This document shows positions 63,985-64,000 of a stretch of DNA of 64,000 bases, piece by piece; position 1 is the stretch's first letter, and every line of letters starts with the position of its first letter. Under the pieces are notes generated by a model, which saw only the letters and a list, made by a program, of their open reading frames with translations, made no database searches and was not told where the DNA came from. Both the position numbers and the translations under genes were made by a program. The stretch lies in IMG/VR virus record IMGVR_UViG_3300022752_002834, positions 54,292 to 118,291 of that record, one strand, 5' to 3'. This DNA is from a virus.

Positions 63985-64000
63985 AACTTCTTCACATCGC

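Noticed and set aside
1-64000. Stop-codon reassignment
   Set aside because: Conserved genes are full length under the standard code, all three stop codons end genes, and no suppressor tRNA was seen.

Overview
This 64-kb window is part of a large, AT-rich dsDNA bacteriophage genome, almost entirely encoded on the minus strand. From left to right it holds: (1) a replication/recombination block with DnaE split into two genes around a DEDDh exonuclease and two endonucleases, plus a Cas4/AddB-like nuclease, dNMP kinase, primase, DnaB and RecA; (2) nucleotide metabolism genes (PhoH, dUTPase, class Ia nrdAB, dCMP deaminase, GMP reductase, ThyX); (3) membrane, fibre and lysis-like genes (beta-helix protein, Mtd_N fibre, papain-like protease, putative holin, membrane PAS protein); (4) a small sigma factor, glycosyltransferases, SSB and rIIA/rIIB; (5) a tmRNA, three tRNAs and one atypical tRNA-Arg-like RNA; (6) ATP-dependent ligase, DUF1501 and UvsE; and (7) a dense early region of small genes with sigma70-like promoters. 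DUF1501 suggests a Planctomycetota/PVC host (inference). The strongest unexplained signal is at 59.1-63.4 kb. There, 25-bp 9-7-9 palindromes occur as pairs at an exact 53-bp period at three gene-block boundaries, next to a second, 49-50-bp repeat family. No CRISPR array, intron, intein, reverse transcriptase or integrase was seen. All family assignments come from motifs recognised by eye; no searches were run.
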